From a virus, in the IMG/VR virus record IMGVR_UViG_3300024264_001700, positions 21,586-85,585 of that record: 64,000 nucleotides of DNA; one strand, given 5' to 3'. Below the pieces are notes generated by a model. The model was not told the origin of the DNA and did no database searches. It saw nothing but the letters and a program-made list of their open reading frames with translations. Position 1 is the first letter of the stretch. The number at the start of each line of letters is the position of its first letter. A program made the position numbers and the translations under genes. Shown piece after piece: positions 19,014-28,318 of the stretch.

Positions 19014-19020
19014 ATGAATT

Positions 19021-20319
19021 CTATTCTTTTTTTCCAATTGCGTAACTATTTACTGGGCGGAGAAGGTTTGATGTATTAGATACATAACGTTCTTTATTAG
19101 GGTACATATCGTATAATTCATCTATCATACCTTGCATGTGTGGAAATAGTCTGTCCCAATCAGTTTCTGGTCTTTTAATTTTAAAATATGAATATGCTAT
19201 ATCATAATCGTATGCTGTAGAATCGTTTATCTTTGTACCAATTAAATTTTGAATTTTTTCTAGGTGCGGTATTAGATAATTTAATTTATTTTTGTTACAA
19301 AAATCTATAGCTTTATTTTGATCTTCTTTAAAATGCTCGGGCATTCCCATAATATGCATACCAGGTTCTACTGCATAATTAAATCCTTCGCCCGGTCGAA
19401 AAAACTCTTTTGTTTTTTCTAGGCCAAAATTGTCTAGATAAAATTCTATATCATCTTTAAAATATGGAGCACTATATACACTCAAAGTGTTAGCAATTCT
19501 AACATTAATATTGCTAAAATTATTATCCAAAACAAAGTTTAAATTTTTCATAGCACGTTCCCAATTTAGGCCGTGTCTAATTGCTTCAGATCTACCTTCT
19601 ACAGAATCAAGGCTAACAGTAAATCCACATTGTACGTCTTTATTATCTCTAAATAATTTAATGTATTCGTTAAAAACTTTTTCTTTGGTATTAAAATTTG
19701 TATGAAGTACAATTTCTAAATTTTTATTAGGTACAATACTAATAATTTGTTTTATTAGTTCAAGATTGTGAGGATTGTATGTGGGCTCGCCGCCGGATAT
19801 TATAAAGAAATAAGGCGTATTAGGATCATACTTTTTATTTTTTAAATAGGTAATAAAATTATTAAAAGCTGCATTAAACCATTCACTGTTAGGTCTTATA
19901 GTAGGAACTCCTACTTCTTTTGCCCAACTCGAACTGTCTTTAGGTGCGCAATATACACATTTTAAATCACACGCACTGCTAAGATTGATAGTAAATCTAT
20001 TAACAATATCTTCGGTTAATAATTTTTGTTTAAAATCTTCGTTTAAAAATGTATCTGTCCAATGATTTCTATTATCAAAAAAACTATGAGGTAGAAATTT
20101 AATACATCCACTACATCCCGATTCTGGCAGCTTATTATCAAGTACCATAGATTCTCTGCGGCTTTGTAATTCAGCATTATTAAATAAAATATTAGGATCT
20201 TTAAAATCTTCTATACTCAATCTAACTTTGTTTGCTTTGCAACAGTTCGTTATACTATTTTGTATAAATCTTAAATCCATACTTTTAAATAATTCACTGC
20301 AAATATACTGTTTGCTCAT
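19021..20319 (-). CDS. radical SAM enzyme, divergent subfamily A
   Basis: N-terminal C...NCC...CSGC, CDLKCVYCAPKDSSSW, SGGEPT. Confidence 0.9.
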   Translation of the reverse strand: MSKQYICSELFKSMDLRFIQNSITNCCKANKVRLSIEDFKDPNILFNNAELQSRRESMVLDNKLPESGCSGCIKFLPHSFFDNRNHWTDTFLNEDFKQKLLTEDIVNRFTINLSSACDLKCVYCAPKDSSSWAKEVGVPTIRPNSEWFNAAFNNFITYLKNKKYDPNTPYFFIISGGEPTYNPHNLELIKQIISIVPNKNLEIVLHTNFNTKEKVFNEYIKLFRDNKDVQCGFTVSLDSVEGRSEAIRHGLNWERAMKNLNFVLDNNFSNINVRIANTLSVYSAPYFKDDIEFYLDNFGLEKTKEFFRPGEGFNYAVEPGMHIMGMPEHFKEDQNKAIDFCNKNKLNYLIPHLEKIQNLIGTKINDSTAYDYDIAYSYFKIKRPETDWDRLFPHMQGMIDELYDMYPNKERYVSNTSNLLRPVNSYAIGKKE

Positions 20320-21281
20320 TCTATACCGGCCTTGTCTTTAGCCCAATTTCTTTCAAGGCACCAAAAACATTCGCCACATTCAGAAATATCTTTATTATTT
20401 ACATAGGAATACCATAAATGATCCATACCCAATAATTTGTAATTTGATGACGGTCCTTCGCAACTCCTAGTAGTGTTAAGTAATTCGATAATATCAAAAT
20501 TCTTATATTGCTCAATTATCCAATCTTTTTCAACTAATGTAAATGGTTCCATAACCCAATGTGCAGAATCAGTTCTTACAAAACATAATTTTTTGATAAG
20601 ATAAGGTACATTGTCTCTATTAGTCATTCCACTTGTAATATCATCAGAGGAAGGATTTTTTGTAGTAGCATTAAAACATGCATAATACTTATTTTTGTAT
20701 GCTATATATCTATTAAATGAAGCCACAAGGATTTGATCTGCACTACGCCCTTCTATTATATCACCTATTGTGCCGTGTTCTAATTCAGGTGGAATATATG
20801 CAGATTCTTTTTTGCCAATAATATTAGGAAATCTATTCTTTAACCATTTATAAACATTGTCTGCAATATCTTCTTGCCATGGTTTATTGTCCCAACATCT
20901 TTTGTAATTAATTATATCTATTGTACTGTTATAATTGTTAGATTCTATAATTGTTGCTAATATGTATGTAAGCAAAGCACTATCTGCTCCGCCGCTTAAA
21001 TTAATTCCTACCCTTGACCACTCAGGATTAAATGGAATAAGCAATCCATTTATGTTATGAGTCTTTAAACCTTTTTTGTAAGAATTATCTTGCAACTGAC
21101 TAAAGACTGAGCTCCTATCTTCTGTCATTTTTTCATAATCTTCGTAATGATTATCGTCACCTAACAGATTATTTTTGTAGTAATCATTTAAACTTTTTTC
21201 AAGAAATTCAAAGCAGTCAAATTCTAAGTCATTATAAGGTAACCTATTATAAAGGTCGTTTATTTTATTAAGATCGTTCAT
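20316..21281 (-). CDS. QueC-like PP-loop ATPase (7-cyano-7-deazaguanine synthase superfamily)
   Basis: INLSGGADSALL PP-loop, PF...K..I, TRSC...ECGECFWCLER zinc motif. Confidence 0.75.
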   Translation of the reverse strand: MNDLNKINDLYNRLPYNDLEFDCFEFLEKSLNDYYKNNLLGDDNHYEDYEKMTEDRSSVFSQLQDNSYKKGLKTHNINGLLIPFNPEWSRVGINLSGGADSALLTYILATIIESNNYNSTIDIINYKRCWDNKPWQEDIADNVYKWLKNRFPNIIGKKESAYIPPELEHGTIGDIIEGRSADQILVASFNRYIAYKNKYYACFNATTKNPSSDDITSGMTNRDNVPYLIKKLCFVRTDSAHWVMEPFTLVEKDWIIEQYKNFDIIELLNTTRSCEGPSSNYKLLGMDHLWYSYVNNKDISECGECFWCLERNWAKDKAGIE

Positions 21282-22339
21282 TTGTTGTACTCCACTTGAA
21301 TTTCGTTATGGTAAGCTTTATTTTTTGCGCAAGTTTTTATACATCTAGGTAAGTGTAAATCATTATAAGGATGCCAGCTTTCTGCTAATAGTTTTTTATA
21401 CCACGGATGTTCTAAAACTTCATCTATACTTTTGTCTTTTAAGCTATTCCATCCATCGCCTTGTGTAGATAATTTTTCTAATATTTTATCTTTGTTTTCA
21501 AACGTGTTATCCCAAAGAAAGCAACAAGGCCATAAGGTTAAATCATTTGCTATAAAAATTTCGCCTTCGTGTATATATTTACAAGTAATACTATTAGTTA
21601 TAGTTGAAATTTTTTCTTCATCAACTTTTGTGCGCTTATATTCTTCAATAAAATTGTCTAATTCTTTGACTACATCTACTTTACTATGTTGTTTTTTACC
21701 TGTTGTAGTAATTGTCTTTTCTGCTTGCTTATTTTTCTTACCTAATTTAACAAGCCAATCATGATAACTATTACGCATACCGGTACGAATAGCAAAATCA
21801 AAACCTAACGAGTCTGCATGTTTTCTTGCAGTTTCAAGTTCATGTTCGTTATGATCAAATACAATATATATCCACCCTGCAGATTTTTTTGCTGCTGTGT
21901 TTGCAAAAGCTTCCATGTTGCGTTTTACAACATTCCATTTTGTATTTACACGATATATGTGATTTGTTTCTTTATGTCCATCTACACAAAAATGAACACG
22001 CAACTTACCAGGATTTTCTGCTGAAATAGATCCTAATTCTTTCCACCATTCAACAGTATTGTATCCTCCGTTTGTACTATACTCTACATAGCCGCCACAG
22101 CTAATAAGATATCTAGTCATTTCTAAACAATCAGGATTTACAATAGGGTCACCTAATACTCCGCAAAATTTGAATTCTACCCCTGAATAGTCATCAACAG
22201 GAAATAGTCTTTGCAAATCTTGCAATGAAAAACTATTTACTACTAATGTATCTATGTTTATTGTTCTAGCACAACCCGGACAAGCTGCATTACAATCACT
22301 TGTAATTTCAAGCTCGACTTTTTTTAGATCTTTTAACAT
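21278..22339 (-). CDS. radical SAM/SPASM enzyme, subfamily B
   Basis: LEITSDCNAACPGC, FCGVLGDP, STNGG, VFDHNEHE, LWPCC...CIKTC. Start moved to ATG 22339. Confidence 0.92.
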   Translation of the reverse strand: MLKDLKKVELEITSDCNAACPGCARTINIDTLVVNSFSLQDLQRLFPVDDYSGVEFKFCGVLGDPIVNPDCLEMTRYLISCGGYVEYSTNGGYNTVEWWKELGSISAENPGKLRVHFCVDGHKETNHIYRVNTKWNVVKRNMEAFANTAAKKSAGWIYIVFDHNEHELETARKHADSLGFDFAIRTGMRNSYHDWLVKLGKKNKQAEKTITTTGKKQHSKVDVVKELDNFIEEYKRTKVDEEKISTITNSITCKYIHEGEIFIANDLTLWPCCFLWDNTFENKDKILEKLSTQGDGWNSLKDKSIDEVLEHPWYKKLLAESWHPYNDLHLPRCIKTCAKNKAYHNEIQVEYNK

Positions 22340-22344
22340 TAAAA

Positions 22345-22352
22345 TATTTATA
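22345..22352 (-). promoter_or_regulatory. putative T4-late-like promoter TATAAATA
   Basis: Exact TATAAATA in the 19-nt gap, 5 nt before ATG 22339. Confidence 0.4.
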
Positions 22353-22358
22353 ACACCA

Positions 22359-23438
22359 TTATTTAAACTGTTCGGAAAATGGATCAAACTCAACACCGCA
22401 CTTCATTGAGCAAACTTTTAATTTTCCGTTATCACAATTTTTTGTTTTCCAGCTGCGTTCTATGTTGTCAAATATACCTGTTTCAAATACAGCCTTTAAT
22501 CCGTGCGTTTTAGCATTGATTGCATCCTTGCCTCCTACAGCATCGATAAAGTCCCATACTTGTTCTTGCTTAGGATCTTTGTGCCACCATTTGTACATAC
22601 GTCCAGCAGTCCAACAACAAGGCATAGCAAGTCCTTCTGCTGTAATAAACAAACTACCTTCATCCTTTACTTTACAGTTGATAGGCACTACATCGTAATA
22701 TGCATCCATACTACCATATTTTTCAAGTAACATATCTTGTTTTGTTAATGCTTTGTTTTGATATTTTGCATCTGGTTTTTTAAGTTCTGTAGTTTCTTTA
22801 CCTTTACGATCTTTAGCTTGATGTGATTCTTTCTTTTTGCTATTTGCTGTAATAAATCTACCTGTCTTCTTAGGTATAAATCTTTCACACCCCCATTTCT
22901 CAGCAAGTGCTTCAGCTTCTTCTACTTGATGTTGATTATGTTCAAATATTAAAAAGTCCCAACGTGCTCTGCCGCCGGCATCTATAAACGCCCGCATGTT
23001 ACGCTCTACATTGTCCCAGTTTACGCCTTGTCGATAAAGATGATTAGTATCACGCAACCCGTCTACACTGAATATAACTGCGCCTTTGTTATTAATAACA
23101 TGAGCAAGCTCTGACCACCATTCAACACTCTTTGCTCCGGCGTTGGTATTCATACTTAACCACATTGTAGGATTATGTAGTCTAAAGTATTTGAATATAT
23201 CAAGTGTGTCTCTTGCAACAATAGGATCGCCTAAGTTACCACACATATACATAGTACCTAACTGTTTTATAAATTCAGGCTCAAATATACGTTTGCAATC
23301 TTCTAGTGTAAGCTCACTAAGATCGATATGAGGATTTAGTCCTTCGCCACTCATATTACGATCACACATAGGACAGTTGGCTTGACAATTCTGTGTGTTT
23401 TCTAAATGAATTGTTTTTATATCATAATAACTATACAT
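22359..23438 (-). CDS. radical SAM/SPASM enzyme, subfamily B
   Basis: LENTQNCQANCPMC, MCGNLGDP, FSVDG, IFEHNQHQ, AMPCCW...CSMKC. Confidence 0.92.
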   Translation of the reverse strand: MYSYYDIKTIHLENTQNCQANCPMCDRNMSGEGLNPHIDLSELTLEDCKRIFEPEFIKQLGTMYMCGNLGDPIVARDTLDIFKYFRLHNPTMWLSMNTNAGAKSVEWWSELAHVINNKGAVIFSVDGLRDTNHLYRQGVNWDNVERNMRAFIDAGGRARWDFLIFEHNQHQVEEAEALAEKWGCERFIPKKTGRFITANSKKKESHQAKDRKGKETTELKKPDAKYQNKALTKQDMLLEKYGSMDAYYDVVPINCKVKDEGSLFITAEGLAMPCCWTAGRMYKWWHKDPKQEQVWDFIDAVGGKDAINAKTHGLKAVFETGIFDNIERSWKTKNCDNGKLKVCSMKCGVEFDPFSEQFK

Positions 23439-23949
23439 GATCTAACCTTGAATAATATGTTTGTAAATTTGACATTAGATTTATTTGTGCCATGTAGTAT
23501 TTTTCTGTGTATTCTAAATTATTAACAAATACATACGATTCAGGATCAATTATTCGAACTTTTCCATCTGTTGTTAAAACCATATTTGCTAATTGTAAGT
23601 CACAATTTACAAAAAATTTATTATCTTCTAATTTCTTTGATGCTTCTATTGCTTGACTCCAACTATCATTAACTGTTGTAATAATATCGCAAATTACATT
23701 TTTGTTTATTAAATGATAATATTCTTTTCGTTTTAATATGTTTTCAATATTATTAACAATATCTAATCTTTCCATAGTATATGTTTCGTGATCAACTAAT
23801 TCAAAAACCTTTACAAGTGCAGGATTAATATCTGATAATTGTTTATAGTGTAAAATCCATTGCTCACCGATTTCTTGCCATTCGATATTTCTAACTTTTT
23901 TAATTACTATATCATCTTTAAATGTTATAACTGATTGTTCTTCTATCAT
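23431..23949 (-). CDS. small protein-kinase-fold phosphotransferase-like protein
   Basis: VIKKV, YTMERL, catalytic loop VNCDLQLANMV, metal loop RIIDPES. Confidence 0.6.
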   Translation of the reverse strand: MIEEQSVITFKDDIVIKKVRNIEWQEIGEQWILHYKQLSDINPALVKVFELVDHETYTMERLDIVNNIENILKRKEYYHLINKNVICDIITTVNDSWSQAIEASKKLEDNKFFVNCDLQLANMVLTTDGKVRIIDPESYVFVNNLEYTEKYYMAQINLMSNLQTYYSRLDHV

Positions 23950-24170
23950 TCTGCTAATACCAATTTTATATCTTTGCCAGGCCCTACTTTACTAGGCAAA
24001 TCTCCATATTGGGTTATATACCATTCTATTACAGCACAATACCAATTTTGACTGTTATGGTGTGCTAGTTTATTAAACTGATGTATATTATTATTTGTTG
24101 CTTCCATAGTACTTAATGCTCTTGCGCTTTCTATTTGCAATTCTCTAAGTGACAATTTTTCTAAATTCAT
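23946..24170 (-). CDS. small hypothetical protein (74 aa)
   Basis: ATGA overlaps at both ends, indicating translational coupling. Confidence 0.75.
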   Translation of the reverse strand: MNLEKLSLRELQIESARALSTMEATNNNIHQFNKLAHHNSQNWYCAVIEWYITQYGDLPSKVGPGKDIKLVLAE

Positions 24171-25027
24171 TTTAAATACTCTATCATTTCTTTGTCAAGA
24201 TAAATCATATCTTTTAAATTTTCTAATTGATCCTCAAATATTTTTAAATCTTTTAAATTATCATTATACAACTGTCTAGCAACTTTTTTATTATTTTTTA
24301 CTATTATAACATCGATCGATGTATTAATCAATCTAATTATCTCGTTAATATACAAATCAAATCTATTATCAACATTTTCATCAAAACTTAAATCACAATC
24401 AAAGGTAAATCCGTACTCTATTAATTTTTTGTACATACCCGGATAACCGTAATTAAGAAAAGGTTTTCCACTTAATAATGGTCTAAATGTTTTTTCTGAT
24501 ATAAACAAATACGGAACACCTGATATACTACATGTTTCTATTTGGAATTCATACAAACTACGATACCATTCTTTTGGCAGTGTTTTTTTAACATGATAGT
24601 GAGAAGTAACATCTTTCTCAGAAGGCAAAGATATATTTGGCCACAAACTATATACGCCCTGATTTAGCACCTCAGCAGATTTTAACCTAGATATTAATTT
24701 AGATCTAGTTGTACTAGCTGCTCCATTCATTGTTATGAATTTATAAGAGTTATTAGGAACATAATCTACTAAAGGACGTCCGTACATCCAAAACAAAGGA
24801 AAATTAATTATATTATCCGATGCAGCAGATATACTTGAACAGTATATTTTAGAATTATTAATTACCGAAGAATTAATATTATGTCGCACAGTTAATTCTT
24901 CTAATGGTTCTGCTGAAATATCTATATAATTGTTTATTTCAAAAAACCTATCAAATAAATCTTGCCTATCTATAAACTTTTTATGTATGCAACAACTATG
25001 TAAATTAAGCTCACGTAGTGTTTTCAT
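24167..25027 (-). CDS. putative glycosyltransferase (GT10/fucosyltransferase-like SEK motif)
   Basis: IET...LFISEKTFRPLLSGKPFLNYG...L..YGF resembles the GT10 SEK motif. Confidence 0.5.
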   Translation of the reverse strand: MKTLRELNLHSCCIHKKFIDRQDLFDRFFEINNYIDISAEPLEELTVRHNINSSVINNSKIYCSSISAASDNIINFPLFWMYGRPLVDYVPNNSYKFITMNGAASTTRSKLISRLKSAEVLNQGVYSLWPNISLPSEKDVTSHYHVKKTLPKEWYRSLYEFQIETCSISGVPYLFISEKTFRPLLSGKPFLNYGYPGMYKKLIEYGFTFDCDLSFDENVDNRFDLYINEIIRLINTSIDVIIVKNNKKVARQLYNDNLKDLKIFEDQLENLKDMIYLDKEMIEYLK

Positions 25028-25556
25028 TTAAAAATCCTGATACTTGTAAAGTATATTTGTTATTCATTCCAGCATTTGCACTTAAATGCAAATGATTACT
25101 ATCCCAAACAAATCCCTGGTTTGCTTTCCAGTGTGTGCTACTATGCCAATCGTTGTTTATTTGATATTGTAAAAAATGTCCAACTTTCCAGTCTTCTAAA
25201 TAAATGTTTGCACGTACTTTGCGTCTAGTATCATTTGGAAACCTTTTGTTAATTTGAAAAAAAGTATCTCTATGTATAGGTATACTATTACCAGGTGGTT
25301 GTAATATAGTACTTACCGTTACAACTTCCATCCGTAATTGATTTCCTAAATCTTTAAAATCAACTTGTTTTTCGTTCCACCAAAGTTGCCGTATCAAAGT
25401 ATTACCGATATCATAGCTATCTGGAAATCCGCCATAGCTTTCATGTAAATCTTTAAGCTCATGTACTTGATGAGATATACAACTACCACTATGTACATTA
25501 TAATCTGCACTGAGAAAAATATCAGTATTATAGTCAAGTGTTATTTCGTAAATCAT
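25011..25556 (-). CDS. 2OG-Fe(II) oxygenase-like protein
   Basis: QPPGNSIPIHRD (HxD), RANIYLEDWKVGH, WDSNHLHLSANAG...YTLQVSG. Confidence 0.75.
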   Translation of the reverse strand: MIYEITLDYNTDIFLSADYNVHSGSCISHQVHELKDLHESYGGFPDSYDIGNTLIRQLWWNEKQVDFKDLGNQLRMEVVTVSTILQPPGNSIPIHRDTFFQINKRFPNDTRRKVRANIYLEDWKVGHFLQYQINNDWHSSTHWKANQGFVWDSNHLHLSANAGMNNKYTLQVSGFLNENTT

Positions 25557-25558
25557 TT

Positions 25559-26404
25559 TTACTTATATCCAATTTTCATAAACCTTGAGTATTTTTCTAA
25601 TTGTAATTCTCCTAGATAAAGACAATTATTCATAGGTATAGATAAACTAAATTCCTCAGCATCTTTTGCACAATTTACATGTTCTTCTACTTCATAATAG
25701 TTATTGCTTTGTAACACCACTAATTTACCATTTGGAATTTTTGCATACCAGTTGGCAAAGTGTTCTATATGCTCGCAACTGGTATTAATAACTGTATCAG
25801 GAGAATCTGTAATAGGATAACTCATTCTATTATTTTTGTTAGACCAATACTGCCATGTATGTTCATTATAATTTATATCTTGTATATCTTCTACTAATGC
25901 TTTAAATTTCCATTGATTTGCAAACCAAGGTTTATTGAAGGTCTCGGCTATATCAACAGTTGTCTCGTCAATGTCAAAACTACGAATTTTATCTACCTTA
26001 ATACCGCTTTCAAATATCATAGTAGCAAGAGTACCATACCATCCTGCACACAAAAATACTGTACCAAGTTCTACATCTATTTTTTTTAATTGTTCAATTA
26101 ACCATAGTTTGCTTTGTAATTGCCCTCTACTAAAACAATCATTGTCAATATCAATATGATTTACAAAAAAACTTTTAAAAGCTGCAATAAATTGGGTATC
26201 AATTTGTTCATTTAATAACAGCCATAACTTCCAAGTATTATCTTCCATTATTAATTTGCGTAAATCTTCTTTGTTTTTGTCAGTAACTAAACGTAATATA
26301 CTAGACAAATCTTTATCAATATAAGATCTACGTAAGTCTGCAAGCTTACTTTTAGTAGGATACATTAATTCAAATCTATCTAATAACTCAAATGTTTGTA
26401 GCAT
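25559..26404 (-). CDS. class I SAM-dependent methyltransferase-like protein
   Basis: GQLQSKLWL, VFLCAGWYG (motif I), IRSFDID (motif II), VINTSCEH, LVVLQSNN. Start moved to ATG 26404. Confidence 0.7.
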   Translation of the reverse strand: MLQTFELLDRFELMYPTKSKLADLRRSYIDKDLSSILRLVTDKNKEDLRKLIMEDNTWKLWLLLNEQIDTQFIAAFKSFFVNHIDIDNDCFSRGQLQSKLWLIEQLKKIDVELGTVFLCAGWYGTLATMIFESGIKVDKIRSFDIDETTVDIAETFNKPWFANQWKFKALVEDIQDINYNEHTWQYWSNKNNRMSYPITDSPDTVINTSCEHIEHFANWYAKIPNGKLVVLQSNNYYEVEEHVNCAKDAEEFSLSIPMNNCLYLGELQLEKYSRFMKIGYK

Positions 26405-27071
26405 CAAACTGCTCCTGCAACCAATCAAAGTCATTTATTCTACGCAAGTCATCAGGCGATTGTGAGTGTTTTTCACCGTATTTTGTGCCTTGAATAGCAC
26501 CCTGGATAGCATACTCTCCAAAGTCTCTATCAGAGCCTACCGTAGTCCAAATTTTAAGTCTTTCATTTGTTTCGTCATCTTTTTGTCTATCAATTACTTT
26601 TGCACTTAATTTAGCACACTCTCTAAAAGCACTTTTCCATGTTTCAAAAGGTGATATATTATATTGTGTAATATTAGATATCTCAGGCATTGGTTTAAAC
26701 TTATCTGTAATACTAGTTGTCATATCAGGCTTACTGGTATCCATGTCAATTGTTGCCTGACGTGGAAATAATTTTATGCCACCGTACCCATACACAAGAT
26801 CATTAATAGGATTTTGACTTCTCCATACATGCACATGATCTAACTGATGCTCCGGGACTTCATAATTAAAATCAAAATCATCTACAATTCTTGCATCTGC
26901 ATCTACAATCCAAAACATTTTTGTAAAGCATTTTTTAGCCGCGGCAATATGTGCTTGATGTATTCCTTTTACACCATGCACACGCTTTGCAGTTGGAAAA
27001 TCTTCTTTTAATCTTTTCCAGTTCTGTTCAGCATTAATTTCTTTATAACTTATATAAACTATATCATACAT
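26388..27071 (-). CDS. GT-A glycosyltransferase-like protein (paralog of 33303-34220)
   Basis: ISYKE, RVHGVKGIHQAH, FWIVDAD (DxD), YGYGGIKL, WKSAFRECAK. Confidence 0.65.
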   Translation of the reverse strand: MYDIVYISYKEINAEQNWKRLKEDFPTAKRVHGVKGIHQAHIAAAKKCFTKMFWIVDADARIVDDFDFNYEVPEHQLDHVHVWRSQNPINDLVYGYGGIKLFPRQATIDMDTSKPDMTTSITDKFKPMPEISNITQYNISPFETWKSAFRECAKLSAKVIDRQKDDETNERLKIWTTVGSDRDFGEYAIQGAIQGTKYGEKHSQSPDDLRRINDFDWLQEQFDATNI

Positions 27072-27076
27072 ACTTT

Positions 27077-27105
27077 ATTATACTTTATTTTTTATTGTTT
27101 GTCAA
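27077..27105 (-). promoter_or_regulatory. perfect sigma70 promoter TTGACA-N17-TATAAT, probably leaderless
   Basis: TTGACA 27105-27100, TATAAT 27082-27077, only 5 nt before ATG 27071; no SD. Confidence 0.75.
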
Positions 27106-28318
27106 GATATAACCACGGTAGGTATTTTTTTGTATCTTGTTTTCTATAATTGTCTTGTTTTTCAACATGAGCTTTAAACTGTTCTATCTCCATTTTAGGT
27201 TTTGTAGTTTCCATTAAATTAATACATGCAATGAGTTGGTTATAAAGATATGTGTTTCGATCATTTTTCATTTTATCTGCATGTTTAAGTATTTGATTCT
27301 TAAGTTTTTGTTTATGTTTCTTTCTTAATATACTTGTACAAGAATGCGACGGACTATATGGCCAAATAAAATACGGAATAGTTCTAAAATTCTCTATATG
27401 CGAAAACTGATTAAAGTATTTTAATATATCTACAAATCCATGAATTCCGTAAGTTTGAAATACAGTGTGTATTTCAACTTCATAAGTAGGATGATTTTCA
27501 ATCAATTCTATTAACTTCCTAAAGTTCCTATCAACAACACTCCATTTGCCTGGATACCTTACATATTCGTATAAATCTCCTACAGCATCTATACTTATAT
27601 GCATACGTACCATTTTAAATTTAGACAATCTGTCAAAAAATTTCTTAGGCATAATAGTTAAATTTGTATGAAACGTAAATATAATATTTTTGCTTAAATC
27701 ATTATTATGTAAGTAATCGCAAAATTCTAAAAAATCATTGTTTAGTAAAGGTTCGCCGCCTGTTACTAGTAATTCTGTAACAGTAGCCGATATTTTATCT
27801 AATGTTATTTTTAAATTTTTGTAAGACCATTTATTATTATCAAGAGGCTCAAAAAATTTATACAAATCATTGTATTCTGTTTCAAGCTGATTTGATGCCC
27901 AAGGACCGCACATTTTACATTGTAGATTGCATTTATTGCTCCAAGACAAATCTAGACTTTCTACTGATAAATTAATAATTTCTCCAGTTTCTAAATCTGT
28001 ATTATCAGTAAATTTTTCAACTTCAAAAGATTGCAAAACACCATTACGAACACTTGTTCCATTTTTATCTTCTATAGAATAACATGCACTACATATATTA
28101 GGCCTATCTCCATTTAACATTTGTTTGCGTATATTTTTATAAAAATCTTGATTAAAATAATCTTTAATATTTTTTATTTCATCGATGTATATAGGATTAC
28201 CGTCTGAATCTAGTATATCACCACTAGTACTAGTATTACAACAGATTCTCATTCTGCCGTCAGTATGTGTGCTAAAATGTGTCCAGGGATATGGACAAAT
28301 AACATCTTTAGAATTCAT
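27092..28318 (-). CDS. radical SAM enzyme with N-terminal twitch/SPASM domain, subfamily A
   Basis: CPYPW..STHTDGRMRICC...CSAC, SNKCNLQCKMC, TGGEP. Confidence 0.92.
   Translation of the reverse strand: MNSKDVICPYPWTHFSTHTDGRMRICCNTSTSGDILDSDGNPIYIDEIKNIKDYFNQDFYKNIRKQMLNGDRPNICSACYSIEDKNGTSVRNGVLQSFEVEKFTDNTDLETGEIINLSVESLDLSWSNKCNLQCKMCGPWASNQLETEYNDLYKFFEPLDNNKWSYKNLKITLDKISATVTELLVTGGEPLLNNDFLEFCDYLHNNDLSKNIIFTFHTNLTIMPKKFFDRLSKFKMVRMHISIDAVGDLYEYVRYPGKWSVVDRNFRKLIELIENHPTYEVEIHTVFQTYGIHGFVDILKYFNQFSHIENFRTIPYFIWPYSPSHSCTSILRKKHKQKLKNQILKHADKMKNDRNTYLYNQLIACINLMETTKPKMEIEQFKAHVEKQDNYRKQDTKKYLPWLYLDKQ

Noticed and set aside
20316-21281. Complete 7-deazaguanine DNA-modification pathway
   Set aside because: Only a divergent QueC-like gene. 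No FolE, QueD or DpdA, and none of the radical-SAM proteins looks like the short QueE type.
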